DNA of 64,000 bases, from the NCBI GenBank assembly GCA_965231135.1, contig OZ246419.1:385488-449487 (forward strand), read 5' to 3'. Below, piece by piece: positions 1 to 8,551 of this stretch. This DNA comes from an uncultured Gammaproteobacteria bacterium. Its GTDB lineage: Bacteria; Patescibacteriota; Microgenomatia; UBA8517. The stretch's first letter is position 1. Every line of letters starts with the position of its first letter. The position numbers and the translations under genes are program-made. The notes under the pieces were generated by a model. That model was not told where the DNA came from and did no database searches. It saw only the letters and a program-made list of their open reading frames with translations.

Positions 1-990
1 AGAAATCTGTATTTTTTAACAATTGGTTCTTCGATATTAATTTCAATTTGTATTTACTTTGTTTATTTATATAACACAAAGGTTGCTTTTTTAATTTCAT
101 TTTTATTTTTGGTTTTAAACATTTTTTATTTAAATAAAAACATAAGAAATGTGACAATGGATGGTGTATTGAGGAAAAATATATTGGATACGATTAAAAA
201 GGACTACCCGATTCTTCCTGAAAAAACAATTGTTTTTACGCAATCAGATAGTTCGTTTTATGGATTGCCTGAAAACACGAAAATTATGCCATTTCAATCA
301 GGTTTTGGACAAACTCTTTTAGTTTGGTATCAAGAAGAAGAAAATTTTCCGAAGGAGTTTTTTGAAAATAATTTTTTATGGAATATTGATTCAGAAGGTT
401 ATATGGAAAGTAACGGGAAAGGTTTTGGTTACTTTAGAAATTTTGGAGATATGATGAATTATATTAGTACAAGTAATCTTGATAAAAATAATGTAATTGC
501 TTTTGATTTTAATTCATCAAATGATGTCTTGACCGATATCACGCAGGAAATGAGAGGGAGAATAGAAGGTTTTGAGGCAAAGAAAAGAATTTTAAATCCA
601 AATCAAATAAAAATTTTTTCTTCGAGTAATAAAGATGGACTGAATAAAATACTTGATAGAAATGAAAAAACTTTTTGGGATTCAAAATTACCATATTCAA
701 ATTATCAATATTTACTTCTCTCTTTTAATAAGCCACATGCTGTTGCTCGTCTTACTATTGATTCGTATAATAACGTGAATCAGCTTAATGTTGGTTATAG
801 AATTGAAATCTCTAACGATAATAAAAATTGGCAAGAGGTTTTCGAAAATAGAAGCGATGGAAGCGAGAATGGTAAAGTGGATATTTATTTCAAGCCAATT
901 AGTGCAAAATATATTAAAATTGAACAAATAGGAAATGATAACTATACGGATTGGGTAATTAATGAATTGACTGTTTATGAGAAATATTAA
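1..990 (+). CDS. 5'-partial CDS; membrane-anchored protein with a C-terminal F5/8 type C (discoidin) domain
   Basis: Frame 1 is open from nt 1 with no stop before 109, so the gene begins upstream of the window. N-terminal hydrophobic helices (ILISICIYFVYLY, AFLISFLFLVLNIFYL). C-terminal ~120 aa match the discoidin pattern (TFWDSKLP...VGYRIEIS.D..NW..V.....G......YFKPISAKYIKIEQIGNDNYTDWVINELTVYE). Confidence 0.6.
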   Translation, partial: RNLYFLTIGSSILISICIYFVYLYNTKVAFLISFLFLVLNIFYLNKNIRNVTMDGVLRKNILDTIKKDYPILPEKTIVFTQSDSSFYGLPENTKIMPFQSGFGQTLLVWYQEEENFPKEFFENNFLWNIDSEGYMESNGKGFGYFRNFGDMMNYISTSNLDKNNVIAFDFNSSNDVLTDITQEMRGRIEGFEAKKRILNPNQIKIFSSSNKDGLNKILDRNEKTFWDSKLPYSNYQYLLLSFNKPHAVARLTIDSYNNVNQLNVGYRIEISNDNKNWQEVFENRSDGSENGKVDIYFKPISAKYIKIEQIGNDNYTDWVINELTVYEKY

Positions 991-3949
991 AAAAAATATT
1001 ATAGTTTTGTTTTTGATTGTTTTATCTTTAACTCCAGTGATTTGGTTTGTTGGGAGACCGGGAATCTTAGTTGATGGTGTTGATACTAATTTTCCATTAC
1101 AACCTGCCTTGTGGTTTGCGAGGCGTTTTTTTGCATGGACAAACATAACGAACGCAGGGTCCGATTTTTCAGCTGGAAGCGCCGGAACACTTTTCCATTT
1201 TTTGCAGTTTGTTCCGTTTAAACTAGGGTTTTCTTTACAAACAGTGGAACTTTTTAGTTTTATTTTTTGGTTTACATTAATTATCTTTTCTTCATGGTTT
1301 TTGGCGCGACTGGTATTTCCAAAAAAGAATATCCCGCAAATGATTTTTGTAATTTTATATTCATTTAATATTTATTTATTTAATAGTTGGGAAAATGTAA
1401 AAGTTTCTAATTTGTCTTTGATTTCCGCAATACCAATTGGTTTGTCAACTTTAATACTTCTCCGTCAAAAGAAAATTAAACGTGAAATTTCGTTTTTGCT
1501 ATTTCTTGTAACAGGAATTATTTTGATGGGAGCAGGAATTAACCCAGCATATATTATTTGTTTCTTTGTTGTCCTTGGTATATATGTATTTTCACAGATT
1601 ATTTTGGATTTTAAGAATAAGGATGAAGTGTTGCAAGATATTTTAAATTTTGTTTTATTTGGTTTTATTGTTGCCTTAGTAAATGCTTCTTGGATTTTGC
1701 CAACTGTTCATTTTATTTTTTCAAGCATTACTGCAAGCAATAGTATTGGTAGTATTGGGTTTTCGAATTGGGTAGATAGTCTTTCTCAAAATACAAGCTT
1801 GATTAATGTTTTTAGAATGATGGGAGCATGGGACTGGTATTCTTTTGATGGTATTACAAAAGCTCCGCTTTATATCCCGTATGCTACAAGATATTTTTTC
1901 AATCCGCTTTTTGTTGGTTTTAGTTTTTTTATTCCATCACTTTCTTTAATTGCTTTTATTTTTAGAAAAAGAATTAATAATGTTTTTTATATTTCGTTTG
2001 CTTTAATGCTTGTAATTGGTCTTTTTTTGACTGCAGGGACACATCCTCCTACGGGAGTTTTGTTTGCTTTTTTGGGAAATCATTTACCATTTTTTAGTTT
2101 GTTTAGAAGTCCTTGGTATATTTTTGCACCCCTTGTTGCTTTGCCTATAGCGGGATTGGTATCTGCATTATTTTTTAATTTAGGTGAGTTAATAAAGAAC
2201 AAACGAGTTGTTAATTCTTTTGGTTTATTTGTAATAATTGGTTTTTTAATTTATTCGTATCCACTAGTTTTAGGAAAAATTTTCAGACCAGATTTTAATG
2301 GAACTTTTTATCTTAAGTTTCCTGACTATGTATTTGAAGCAGAAACCTTTCTTAATAATAATCCTTCTAGGGGAAGAATTTTGAGTTATGCTGACGATAA
2401 TATTGAAAAATTTAGTTGGGGATATAGCGGAGTTGATTCAATTTTAAATCTTATGACAGATAGAGAAGTTGTAGACGCACCTTTGAATGACACTACATCT
2501 CCGATTTCACAAATAATTACACAAACGTATGAGTCTTTAAAAAGAAATGAAATAGATAAAGCCTCAAACCTAATGAATGTAATGAATATCGGTCAGATAT
2601 TTGTGAAAAATGATCAGGTGACATTGATGCCTAAAATTTCAAACCAAATTGCAAATAATTTAGAGCGTACGTTTGGACAATGGAATTTCTATAACTTTCC
2701 AAAAAACAATCCTACTCCAGAGATTTACTCTGCGGACTGTTGTAATTTGAGTTATCCATATAACGATAGTGCTTTAAATTTGGGAATTTTAAATAATAAA
2801 ATTTTAGTTAATCCGAAAGACAGTCTTTTTGCTCAGGAGGACTTTTCTAACTTTACCTCAACTACAATTCATACAAAAAACTTGCAACTTTCAAATTATC
2901 TTTTAAGTGTTAGTGGGCAAGGAAATTTCAAGGAGAATCTTGAATTTAGGGATTTAAGTAAAGCTGAATATGACTTTGACGTACCATCTGCCGGGATGTA
3001 TTCTCCAATTTTACAAAGATATGGTCTTGATTATTTTGGAGTTATAAGCGGAAATAAAATGACTGTTAATTTGGATGGAAAGAATGAAATTTGGACGGTT
3101 GCGAAGTCTGATGATTCGTATGTGTATTTTATGCCAATTGATATTTTGCAAGGTGGCCATAAAGCTACAATAAGTATTGATGTTAAAAATATGGTTAACT
3201 TACAAAATTTCAATTATGTAGGGAAGGCGGATTTTAACTTAGAAAATAATATTTTTACTATTTTTAATAAAAATAAAAATGATGCTATGGTAAATTTCCT
3301 GATTAATAATTTTGACCCTTATTCTTTTTATGTTATTAATGTGAGTTATCGGCAGATTTATGGAAATAAGGCGCAAGTTTTACTTTCTCAAAAGCAAAAC
3401 AATACGCCACTTAAAAATGGCGCTGAAGTTATGCCAGATTATCCAGATTGGCAAGATTATAGTTTTTATTATCAACCTATTGAGACCAATTCAACATTAA
3501 ATTTAAGTTTGGTGTCTCCACAAACGGAAGATGTTTTAGGAACAAAGGTGGAATATCAAAATCTTTCGGTGCAAAAAATATTTGCAAATGATTTATTTTT
3601 TGAATCTAGTGCCTCAATGTCGTTTTCTCAACCTATTGTGAAATTTAGTAAAAATTCACCTGTTTTTTATAGTGGTGAGGTTACAAATGTCAACGGTCCT
3701 TATGTAATTGTTTTCGGTGAAAATTATTCTCCAGATTGGCAAATAAATATTGAAGGAGAAAATAATGAAGTATTTCACTTTACTGCAAATTATTATGAAA
3801 ATGCGTGGTTTGTAAACAGCAAAAAGGGAAATTATAAATTTACGATTTACTATAAACCTCAAAGTCTTTTGAATATCGGTTACCTTATTGCAGGCGTATC
3901 AGCATTTTTCGTTTTCGCATATTTTATATATGAAAAGATTAAAAGATAG
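977..3949 (+). CDS. 990-aa polytopic membrane protein, GT-C-like (YfhO / alpha-(1->3)-arabinofuranosyltransferase AftD-like topology)
   Basis: Over 12 predicted TM helices in the first ~430 aa, a large soluble (probably extracytoplasmic) domain, and a single C-terminal TM anchor (IGYLIAGVSAFFVFAYFIY). Overlaps the upstream discoidin gene by 14 nt. Confidence 0.55.
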   Translation: MRNIKKNIIVLFLIVLSLTPVIWFVGRPGILVDGVDTNFPLQPALWFARRFFAWTNITNAGSDFSAGSAGTLFHFLQFVPFKLGFSLQTVELFSFIFWFTLIIFSSWFLARLVFPKKNIPQMIFVILYSFNIYLFNSWENVKVSNLSLISAIPIGLSTLILLRQKKIKREISFLLFLVTGIILMGAGINPAYIICFFVVLGIYVFSQIILDFKNKDEVLQDILNFVLFGFIVALVNASWILPTVHFIFSSITASNSIGSIGFSNWVDSLSQNTSLINVFRMMGAWDWYSFDGITKAPLYIPYATRYFFNPLFVGFSFFIPSLSLIAFIFRKRINNVFYISFALMLVIGLFLTAGTHPPTGVLFAFLGNHLPFFSLFRSPWYIFAPLVALPIAGLVSALFFNLGELIKNKRVVNSFGLFVIIGFLIYSYPLVLGKIFRPDFNGTFYLKFPDYVFEAETFLNNNPSRGRILSYADDNIEKFSWGYSGVDSILNLMTDREVVDAPLNDTTSPISQIITQTYESLKRNEIDKASNLMNVMNIGQIFVKNDQVTLMPKISNQIANNLERTFGQWNFYNFPKNNPTPEIYSADCCNLSYPYNDSALNLGILNNKILVNPKDSLFAQEDFSNFTSTTIHTKNLQLSNYLLSVSGQGNFKENLEFRDLSKAEYDFDVPSAGMYSPILQRYGLDYFGVISGNKMTVNLDGKNEIWTVAKSDDSYVYFMPIDILQGGHKATISIDVKNMVNLQNFNYVGKADFNLENNIFTIFNKNKNDAMVNFLINNFDPYSFYVINVSYRQIYGNKAQVLLSQKQNNTPLKNGAEVMPDYPDWQDYSFYYQPIETNSTLNLSLVSPQTEDVLGTKVEYQNLSVQKIFANDLFFESSASMSFSQPIVKFSKNSPVFYSGEVTNVNGPYVIVFGENYSPDWQINIEGENNEVFHFTANYYENAWFVNSKKGNYKFTIYYKPQSLLNIGYLIAGVSAFFVFAYFIYEKIKR

Positions 3950-4304
3950 GATTTCTATAATTTTTAAAGAGTGGATTAATAAAAACAATTATAGACTTGC
4001 TGTTTTTAATATTCTAATTGTTTCACTTTTTTTACTCCGTTCTGCTGGCTATTTCCAGCCTTATTTTCCAATTAGTGTTAATTTTATTGTAGTTGTCGGA
4101 CTAATTTTGTCTACTTTTTTGCTTGGTGTGAAAAGCGTGACTACTTTTTTAATAACTTTATTTTTTTGGATATTTGCTGCTCTTTTACAGATATTAAGAA
4201 TAGATGTTTGGGCCGAAAGAACGGGAATTTATGCGTATGAATCTTTAGTGTTTGGAGTACTTCTTTTTATTTTTGAAAGTGTTTACAGCAAATATAAAAA
4301 ATGA
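3888..4304 (+). CDS. small integral membrane protein (3-4 TM), hypothetical
   Basis: ORF with hydrophobic helices. The start is uncertain; an internal ATG at 3930 would reduce the overlap with the upstream gene. Confidence 0.35.
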   Translation: MQAYQHFSFSHILYMKRLKDRISIIFKEWINKNNYRLAVFNILIVSLFLLRSAGYFQPYFPISVNFIVVVGLILSTFLLGVKSVTTFLITLFFWIFAALLQILRIDVWAERTGIYAYESLVFGVLLFIFESVYSKYKK

Positions 4305-6170
4305 AGTAATTATTGTTGTAGTTGTAATCGCTAGACCAAAGATGAAAGATGTTGGTTTGTAAACAAAATTGACAAATTTTGTGTTCTTGTTTATTGATAC
4401 TTCTCGTGTTTTGCTTAAAGTTTCATTGATTTTTAAACTTCTATTGCCGTTTGCAAAAGCGTACCAATCTTGATTGTAAACTTCAGAAAGAATTAGGGAA
4501 TTGCTTTTGTAATTTGACGTGTTTACTTGGATAAAATTTGGAGTGTAAATGTTTATTGGATAATTAGAGCGGGGAAGATTGATTTTATTTTTATAAACTA
4601 AATATTGGCCAAATATTTTTATTAACTGCAGATTTTTGTCTGTTAAAAGATGGTTTGAAATGATATATTTTATATTGTATTGTGATAGTTCTGGTGAGTA
4701 AGGTTGCAAGTTTTCGTAATCGAAAATTTCAAACGGGGGAATTGATAAGGTGTATCGCATATTAAAGTAGCTTTGAGAGAGCTGTTCACTCTCGTCGTAA
4801 TAATTTATTTGTTGAAGTGTACCGTAGCCATCGGCGAGTTGTAGGTGATAGTTTGCGGCTTCTTTTTGGGATAAACATCTATTTAGACAAAACACACGAA
4901 ACATGCTTTTGTCACTGCTTAAAAATTCATAAAGTTCTCTCGGAGCCGCTGTGGTGTCTGTTTGAATTGGATGAATTATTTTTGTCCACGAAGTCAGAAG
5001 TGACTCGATAATTGCAAGGAAAATAATTATATAAATTAAGAATTTTATTTTTTTAAATTTTAGTAAAGATTGAATTCCCAGACCTGCTAAAAAAAGCGCT
5101 ATGAAAACTATTAAAAACCAGAAACGAGTCGAGACTCGAAAGAGTATGTACCAGTTTTCTCTAATTAGCAGATTGTATATTGGCGAGGCATTGTTTAAAG
5201 AAATTAAAATTATTATTAGGGATATTAGTCCAACTAAAGTTTTATTTTTAGTATTTAAATTCAGAAAGCCTACGAATGAAAGAAAACTAACAAAAAAACC
5301 TATGCCAATAATTTTTTCAGTATCCAAGTTTTGAATAAAGTTACCGCCGAATAATATTGGTGAAAATGCGGCTTTTATGAATTCGGCTTTAGAAAGCCAT
5401 TTAGGATATACATCGGGGTGAATTAATAATAAGTTTCTTGTGGTTTGGTTTTGCCACGAGAGCTGAGGTAATAGAGCAATTGCAACAAAGCCAAAGGAAA
5501 AGATACCGACCAGTGAGAAATAAATAATTTTTTTTACGATATTTTTTTTGCCTTGAGAAATAAGGAAAAGAAATAAAAATCCTGAAGAAATTACGGCAAT
5601 TATGAAAATGAGAAGGTGCGTGTAGAAAATTAGAGCTAAGAACACACTTAATAAAAAAATATTTTTAAAAGTTTGTTTTCTTGATAAAAGTATTGTAAAT
5701 AAAAAAACAAACGGTAACCAACTCCAAGAAGCTATTAGTCCGTAATGACCTGCTTCTATATAGCCTGAAAGTTTTGGAGAGAAGACGTATAAAATAGATA
5801 ATATAATTGAAATCTTTTTTGAAAACTTAAAGCCCAATAATGATAGTAAATACATTCCAATTCCTGAAAAGAAAATATGAATGAAGACGGAAACCATGAA
5901 ACCTGCGTCTATATTTCGAAAAAATAAAAAAATGATATTTGGTAAGTAAAAAATCGGTGCTTGGGGATCGGGAAGAAGTGGTGTTCCTGAAAAAAATAAA
6001 TTATTCCAAAAAGGTAGTTGGTGGTATTTTATTAAAGTTTCTTTAGTGAAATAAAACATTGGATAGAAAAAATTAGTAAGATCGTTACCTCGATTTAAGA
6101 GAAGGTTTGAGTTTAACAGAATCGGAATATAGAAAACGAGACTTGTGAGAAGTAAAATAAGAATAAACAT
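4245..6170 (-). CDS. 641-aa polytopic membrane protein, GT-C-like (YfhO-like)
   Basis: N-terminal multi-TM bundle, then a soluble domain, then a C-terminal TM (GLAITTTTIITSFFIFAV). Same architecture as 977..3949 and 8552..11143. Confidence 0.5.
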   Translation of the reverse strand: MFILILLLTSLVFYIPILLNSNLLLNRGNDLTNFFYPMFYFTKETLIKYHQLPFWNNLFFSGTPLLPDPQAPIFYLPNIIFLFFRNIDAGFMVSVFIHIFFSGIGMYLLSLLGFKFSKKISIILSILYVFSPKLSGYIEAGHYGLIASWSWLPFVFLFTILLSRKQTFKNIFLLSVFLALIFYTHLLIFIIAVISSGFLFLFLISQGKKNIVKKIIYFSLVGIFSFGFVAIALLPQLSWQNQTTRNLLLIHPDVYPKWLSKAEFIKAAFSPILFGGNFIQNLDTEKIIGIGFFVSFLSFVGFLNLNTKNKTLVGLISLIIILISLNNASPIYNLLIRENWYILFRVSTRFWFLIVFIALFLAGLGIQSLLKFKKIKFLIYIIIFLAIIESLLTSWTKIIHPIQTDTTAAPRELYEFLSSDKSMFRVFCLNRCLSQKEAANYHLQLADGYGTLQQINYYDESEQLSQSYFNMRYTLSIPPFEIFDYENLQPYSPELSQYNIKYIISNHLLTDKNLQLIKIFGQYLVYKNKINLPRSNYPINIYTPNFIQVNTSNYKSNSLILSEVYNQDWYAFANGNRSLKINETLSKTREVSINKNTKFVNFVYKPTSFIFGLAITTTTIITSFFIFAVNTFKNKKKYSKH

Positions 6171-7653
6171 GAAATTTAAAAATTTTCGAATCAGTTTATC
6201 ATTTTTAATTATTATTGTTACAGCATTTGTTCTTCGTGTTTTTACTTTAAATAAGTTAATGGTTTTTACTCCAGATGAAGAATATGTACTTTACATTACA
6301 AAAACATTGACTAGTAATTTTCATATTATTTGGATTGGAGTTAGCGCTCTTGGATTTGATTTTTATATGGGGCCTGGGTTGAATTACTTTTTGGTGCCTT
6401 TCATGTGGCTTTTTAACGGAAACCCTTTTGTTTGGGGATTGATTGCTTGTCTTTTTGGAGTTGCTGCCTGTGTTCTAATTTATTTTTTCGCTAATAAACT
6501 TTTCGGTAGGAAGACAGCAATTATTGCATCTATTCTTTATGCAGTTTCTGCTCTTGTTGTTTATTACGATCAGCAGCCGTATCCAACTGCAGTTCCTTTT
6601 TTGTCGATGGCTATGATTATTTCTATTTACAACACGCGTCATTCGAAGTACTGGTGGATTGTCTTTGCTTTTTTGTATGGAATTGTTTTTCATATTCATT
6701 TGTCAATGGTGTTGGTTGTTTTTGTAGCCATTTATTGGGGAATAACACATAAAAAAACTTGGAATATTAAGATTTTAGTTTTATCTTTCCTGACATTTTT
6801 GACAGTTATTTCACCGCTAATTGTTTTTAATTACTTTCATAATTGGAGTGACTTCACTGCTCCGATTAGAGTTTTTCAAGCGCTCGGAAAAAATAAAAAT
6901 CAAACAAACATGTTTATTAGAATTCAGACTTTGACAAAAGCAACAAGCAGACTTTTTTATCTTGCGCCTGGGAAAACTAATACTGATGAAATTTTATATC
7001 CTTGTAACACATTGCCTAATAATAATTCTACAAAAGCTTCCTGGATTATTATATGCATTGCTTTGATTTTACTAATAATTTATTTTTTGAAGAAAGATTT
7101 CTGGAAAAATGAAGCAAAGAGGCTAATTTTTGTTTTTAGTTTAGCTTATTTAATACCTTTTATTTTTCTGTCTTCTGTAGGTTCTGTTGAATATTATTTA
7201 CTTGGTTTTTTTCCGATCTTTTTCATTATTGTTGCCTATACAATTGCAAACTTAAATAGGTTATTTCGATACGTATTTTATTTTTTGATTTTGTGTTTCG
7301 TAATATTTAATGTTTTTACAATTTTTAGCGCAAGTGGAGAGTTCGGTCTGGCTACAAAAAGAAAAATGATAAGTGATGTTATGCAAATTGTTGGCAACTC
7401 GAGTTTTAGTTTGCAAGAGATGGGCGGGCCATGTCAAGGAACAGCTGGGTGGGGGTATTTGTTCACAATTTACGGGAGGGCTCCGGAAGATAATATTGCA
7501 GATAAGCAATTTTCTTGGCTTTTGCCTGTTGGAAATCTAGAGAATACAAAATATAAAGTTGTCATTAACGAGTCGAGATTTGCTATCGATGAAACAGGTT
7601 ACAAAAACATAATTAGAGAAGGTGGTTTTACTGCTTATATTTTCAAAAATTAA
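6145..7653 (+). CDS. GT-C membrane glycosyltransferase, ArnT/PMT (GT39/GT83)-like
   Basis: About 12 TM helices. The N-terminal region (FVLRVF....LMVFTPDEEYVLYITKTL) and an early periplasmic loop are typical of 4-amino-arabinose / dolichyl-phosphate-mannose transferase-like proteins. An alternative start ATG lies at 6169. Confidence 0.5.
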   Translation: MRSKIRINMKFKNFRISLSFLIIIVTAFVLRVFTLNKLMVFTPDEEYVLYITKTLTSNFHIIWIGVSALGFDFYMGPGLNYFLVPFMWLFNGNPFVWGLIACLFGVAACVLIYFFANKLFGRKTAIIASILYAVSALVVYYDQQPYPTAVPFLSMAMIISIYNTRHSKYWWIVFAFLYGIVFHIHLSMVLVVFVAIYWGITHKKTWNIKILVLSFLTFLTVISPLIVFNYFHNWSDFTAPIRVFQALGKNKNQTNMFIRIQTLTKATSRLFYLAPGKTNTDEILYPCNTLPNNNSTKASWIIICIALILLIIYFLKKDFWKNEAKRLIFVFSLAYLIPFIFLSSVGSVEYYLLGFFPIFFIIVAYTIANLNRLFRYVFYFLILCFVIFNVFTIFSASGEFGLATKRKMISDVMQIVGNSSFSLQEMGGPCQGTAGWGYLFTIYGRAPEDNIADKQFSWLLPVGNLENTKYKVVINESRFAIDETGYKNIIREGGFTAYIFKN

Positions 7654-8380
7654 ATTTTTGTTTAATAAAAAAATAGAATATATAAATTTGTATAACTATT
7701 GCCCAATTAATTGTTTGCCACCATCTACCAACGATTGCGGATTTTCTCGTACTCTTTGTATAACTTATGGGAATTTCGACGAACTTCAAATTTTGTGTAA
7801 CTACATGAAGCGTCAGTTCGGTATTAAATAGAGCTGTTCCGTTATTACTCCATTTTGAAATGTTTTTTTTAAGTGCCTCTTTCTTAAACAATTTATAGGT
7901 GCAGCCAACATCTGTCAGTGCAACGCTGTTGAATAATATTTCGATTGTCTTTGCTTCTAAAACATTGGCGAATTTTCTTATGATACCCATCCCCGTTCCG
8001 GAAAGAGAGCCGATTTGGCTAGTTCTGGTGCCAAGTACAACATCGAAATCTCGTGAGTAGACTAAAAATTTTTCTATGTCGCTTGCTTTCAGGGAACCAT
8101 CTGCTTCGCATATAACGATATAGTCACATGAAGCTTTTTTAATTGCAGTTTTATATGCGTAACCATATCCTTGTTTTTTTTCGTAATATATTTTTACGAT
8201 TCCTTTTTTGAAAGGTGTCGATTTTGTAATTTCTTTGTAGGTGCCTTTTTCTGCATTATTGTCTATTACTATTATTTCATCTACAAAGTTAGTTTTATAA
8301 AAATTATCGAGTACTGATTTAATTGTTTTTTTCTCTCTGTATGTTGCGATTGCAACTGACACAGTTTTACCCTCGTACAT
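7643..8380 (-). CDS. glycosyltransferase family 2, polyprenyl-phosphate sugar synthase (DPM1/ArnC-like)
   Basis: The N-terminus VSVAIATYREKKTI...IVIDNNAEKGT and a DXD-like motif CEADGS match the short GT2 'dolichol-P-mannose synthase-like' fold. Its 3' end overlaps the 3' end of 6145..7653 by 11 nt (convergent). Confidence 0.7.
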   Translation of the reverse strand: MYEGKTVSVAIATYREKKTIKSVLDNFYKTNFVDEIIVIDNNAEKGTYKEITKSTPFKKGIVKIYYEKKQGYGYAYKTAIKKASCDYIVICEADGSLKASDIEKFLVYSRDFDVVLGTRTSQIGSLSGTGMGIIRKFANVLEAKTIEILFNSVALTDVGCTYKLFKKEALKKNISKWSNNGTALFNTELTLHVVTQNLKFVEIPISYTKSTRKSAIVGRWWQTINWAIVIQIYIFYFFIKQKFNF

Positions 8381-8551
8381 TTGCTGTAATTCTAGTATAA
8401 TTTTTGCAATATATGAAGTTGTATTTATTTTTTGTAGTAGGATTTTTGTTCATTTCTCTACTTCTCTTTTTAAATCACCCTGGAGTTGCAATTAGAATTG
8501 TAAATTGGATTTTTTATTTACTGATAATTGCAATTTTATTTAAATTATTTT

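Noticed and set aside
712-1146. Numerous 60-140-aa antisense ORFs listed in the track (e.g. 712..1146 -, 3031..3213 -, 4817..5011 +, 5101..5334 +, 6475..6699 -, 9472..9702 -, 17662..17901 -, 19520..19837 -, 20885..21256 -, 33947..34561 -, 39757..39981 -)
   Set aside because: Each lies inside or antisense to a longer ORF with recognisable motifs. Low-complexity Ile/Phe/Asn/Lys translations are expected by chance in AT-rich DNA.
7622-7831. 69-aa plus-strand ORF
   Set aside because: It lies antisense within the DPM1-like GT2 gene (7643..8380), whose motifs are convincing. Shadow ORF.
8528-8551. TTG start for the 871-aa membrane protein as given in the ORF track
   Set aside because: An in-frame ATG at 8552 (MWKKISF...) gives a more conventional start. 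The extra 8 residues (MQFYLNYF) would only be added upstream of the first TM.
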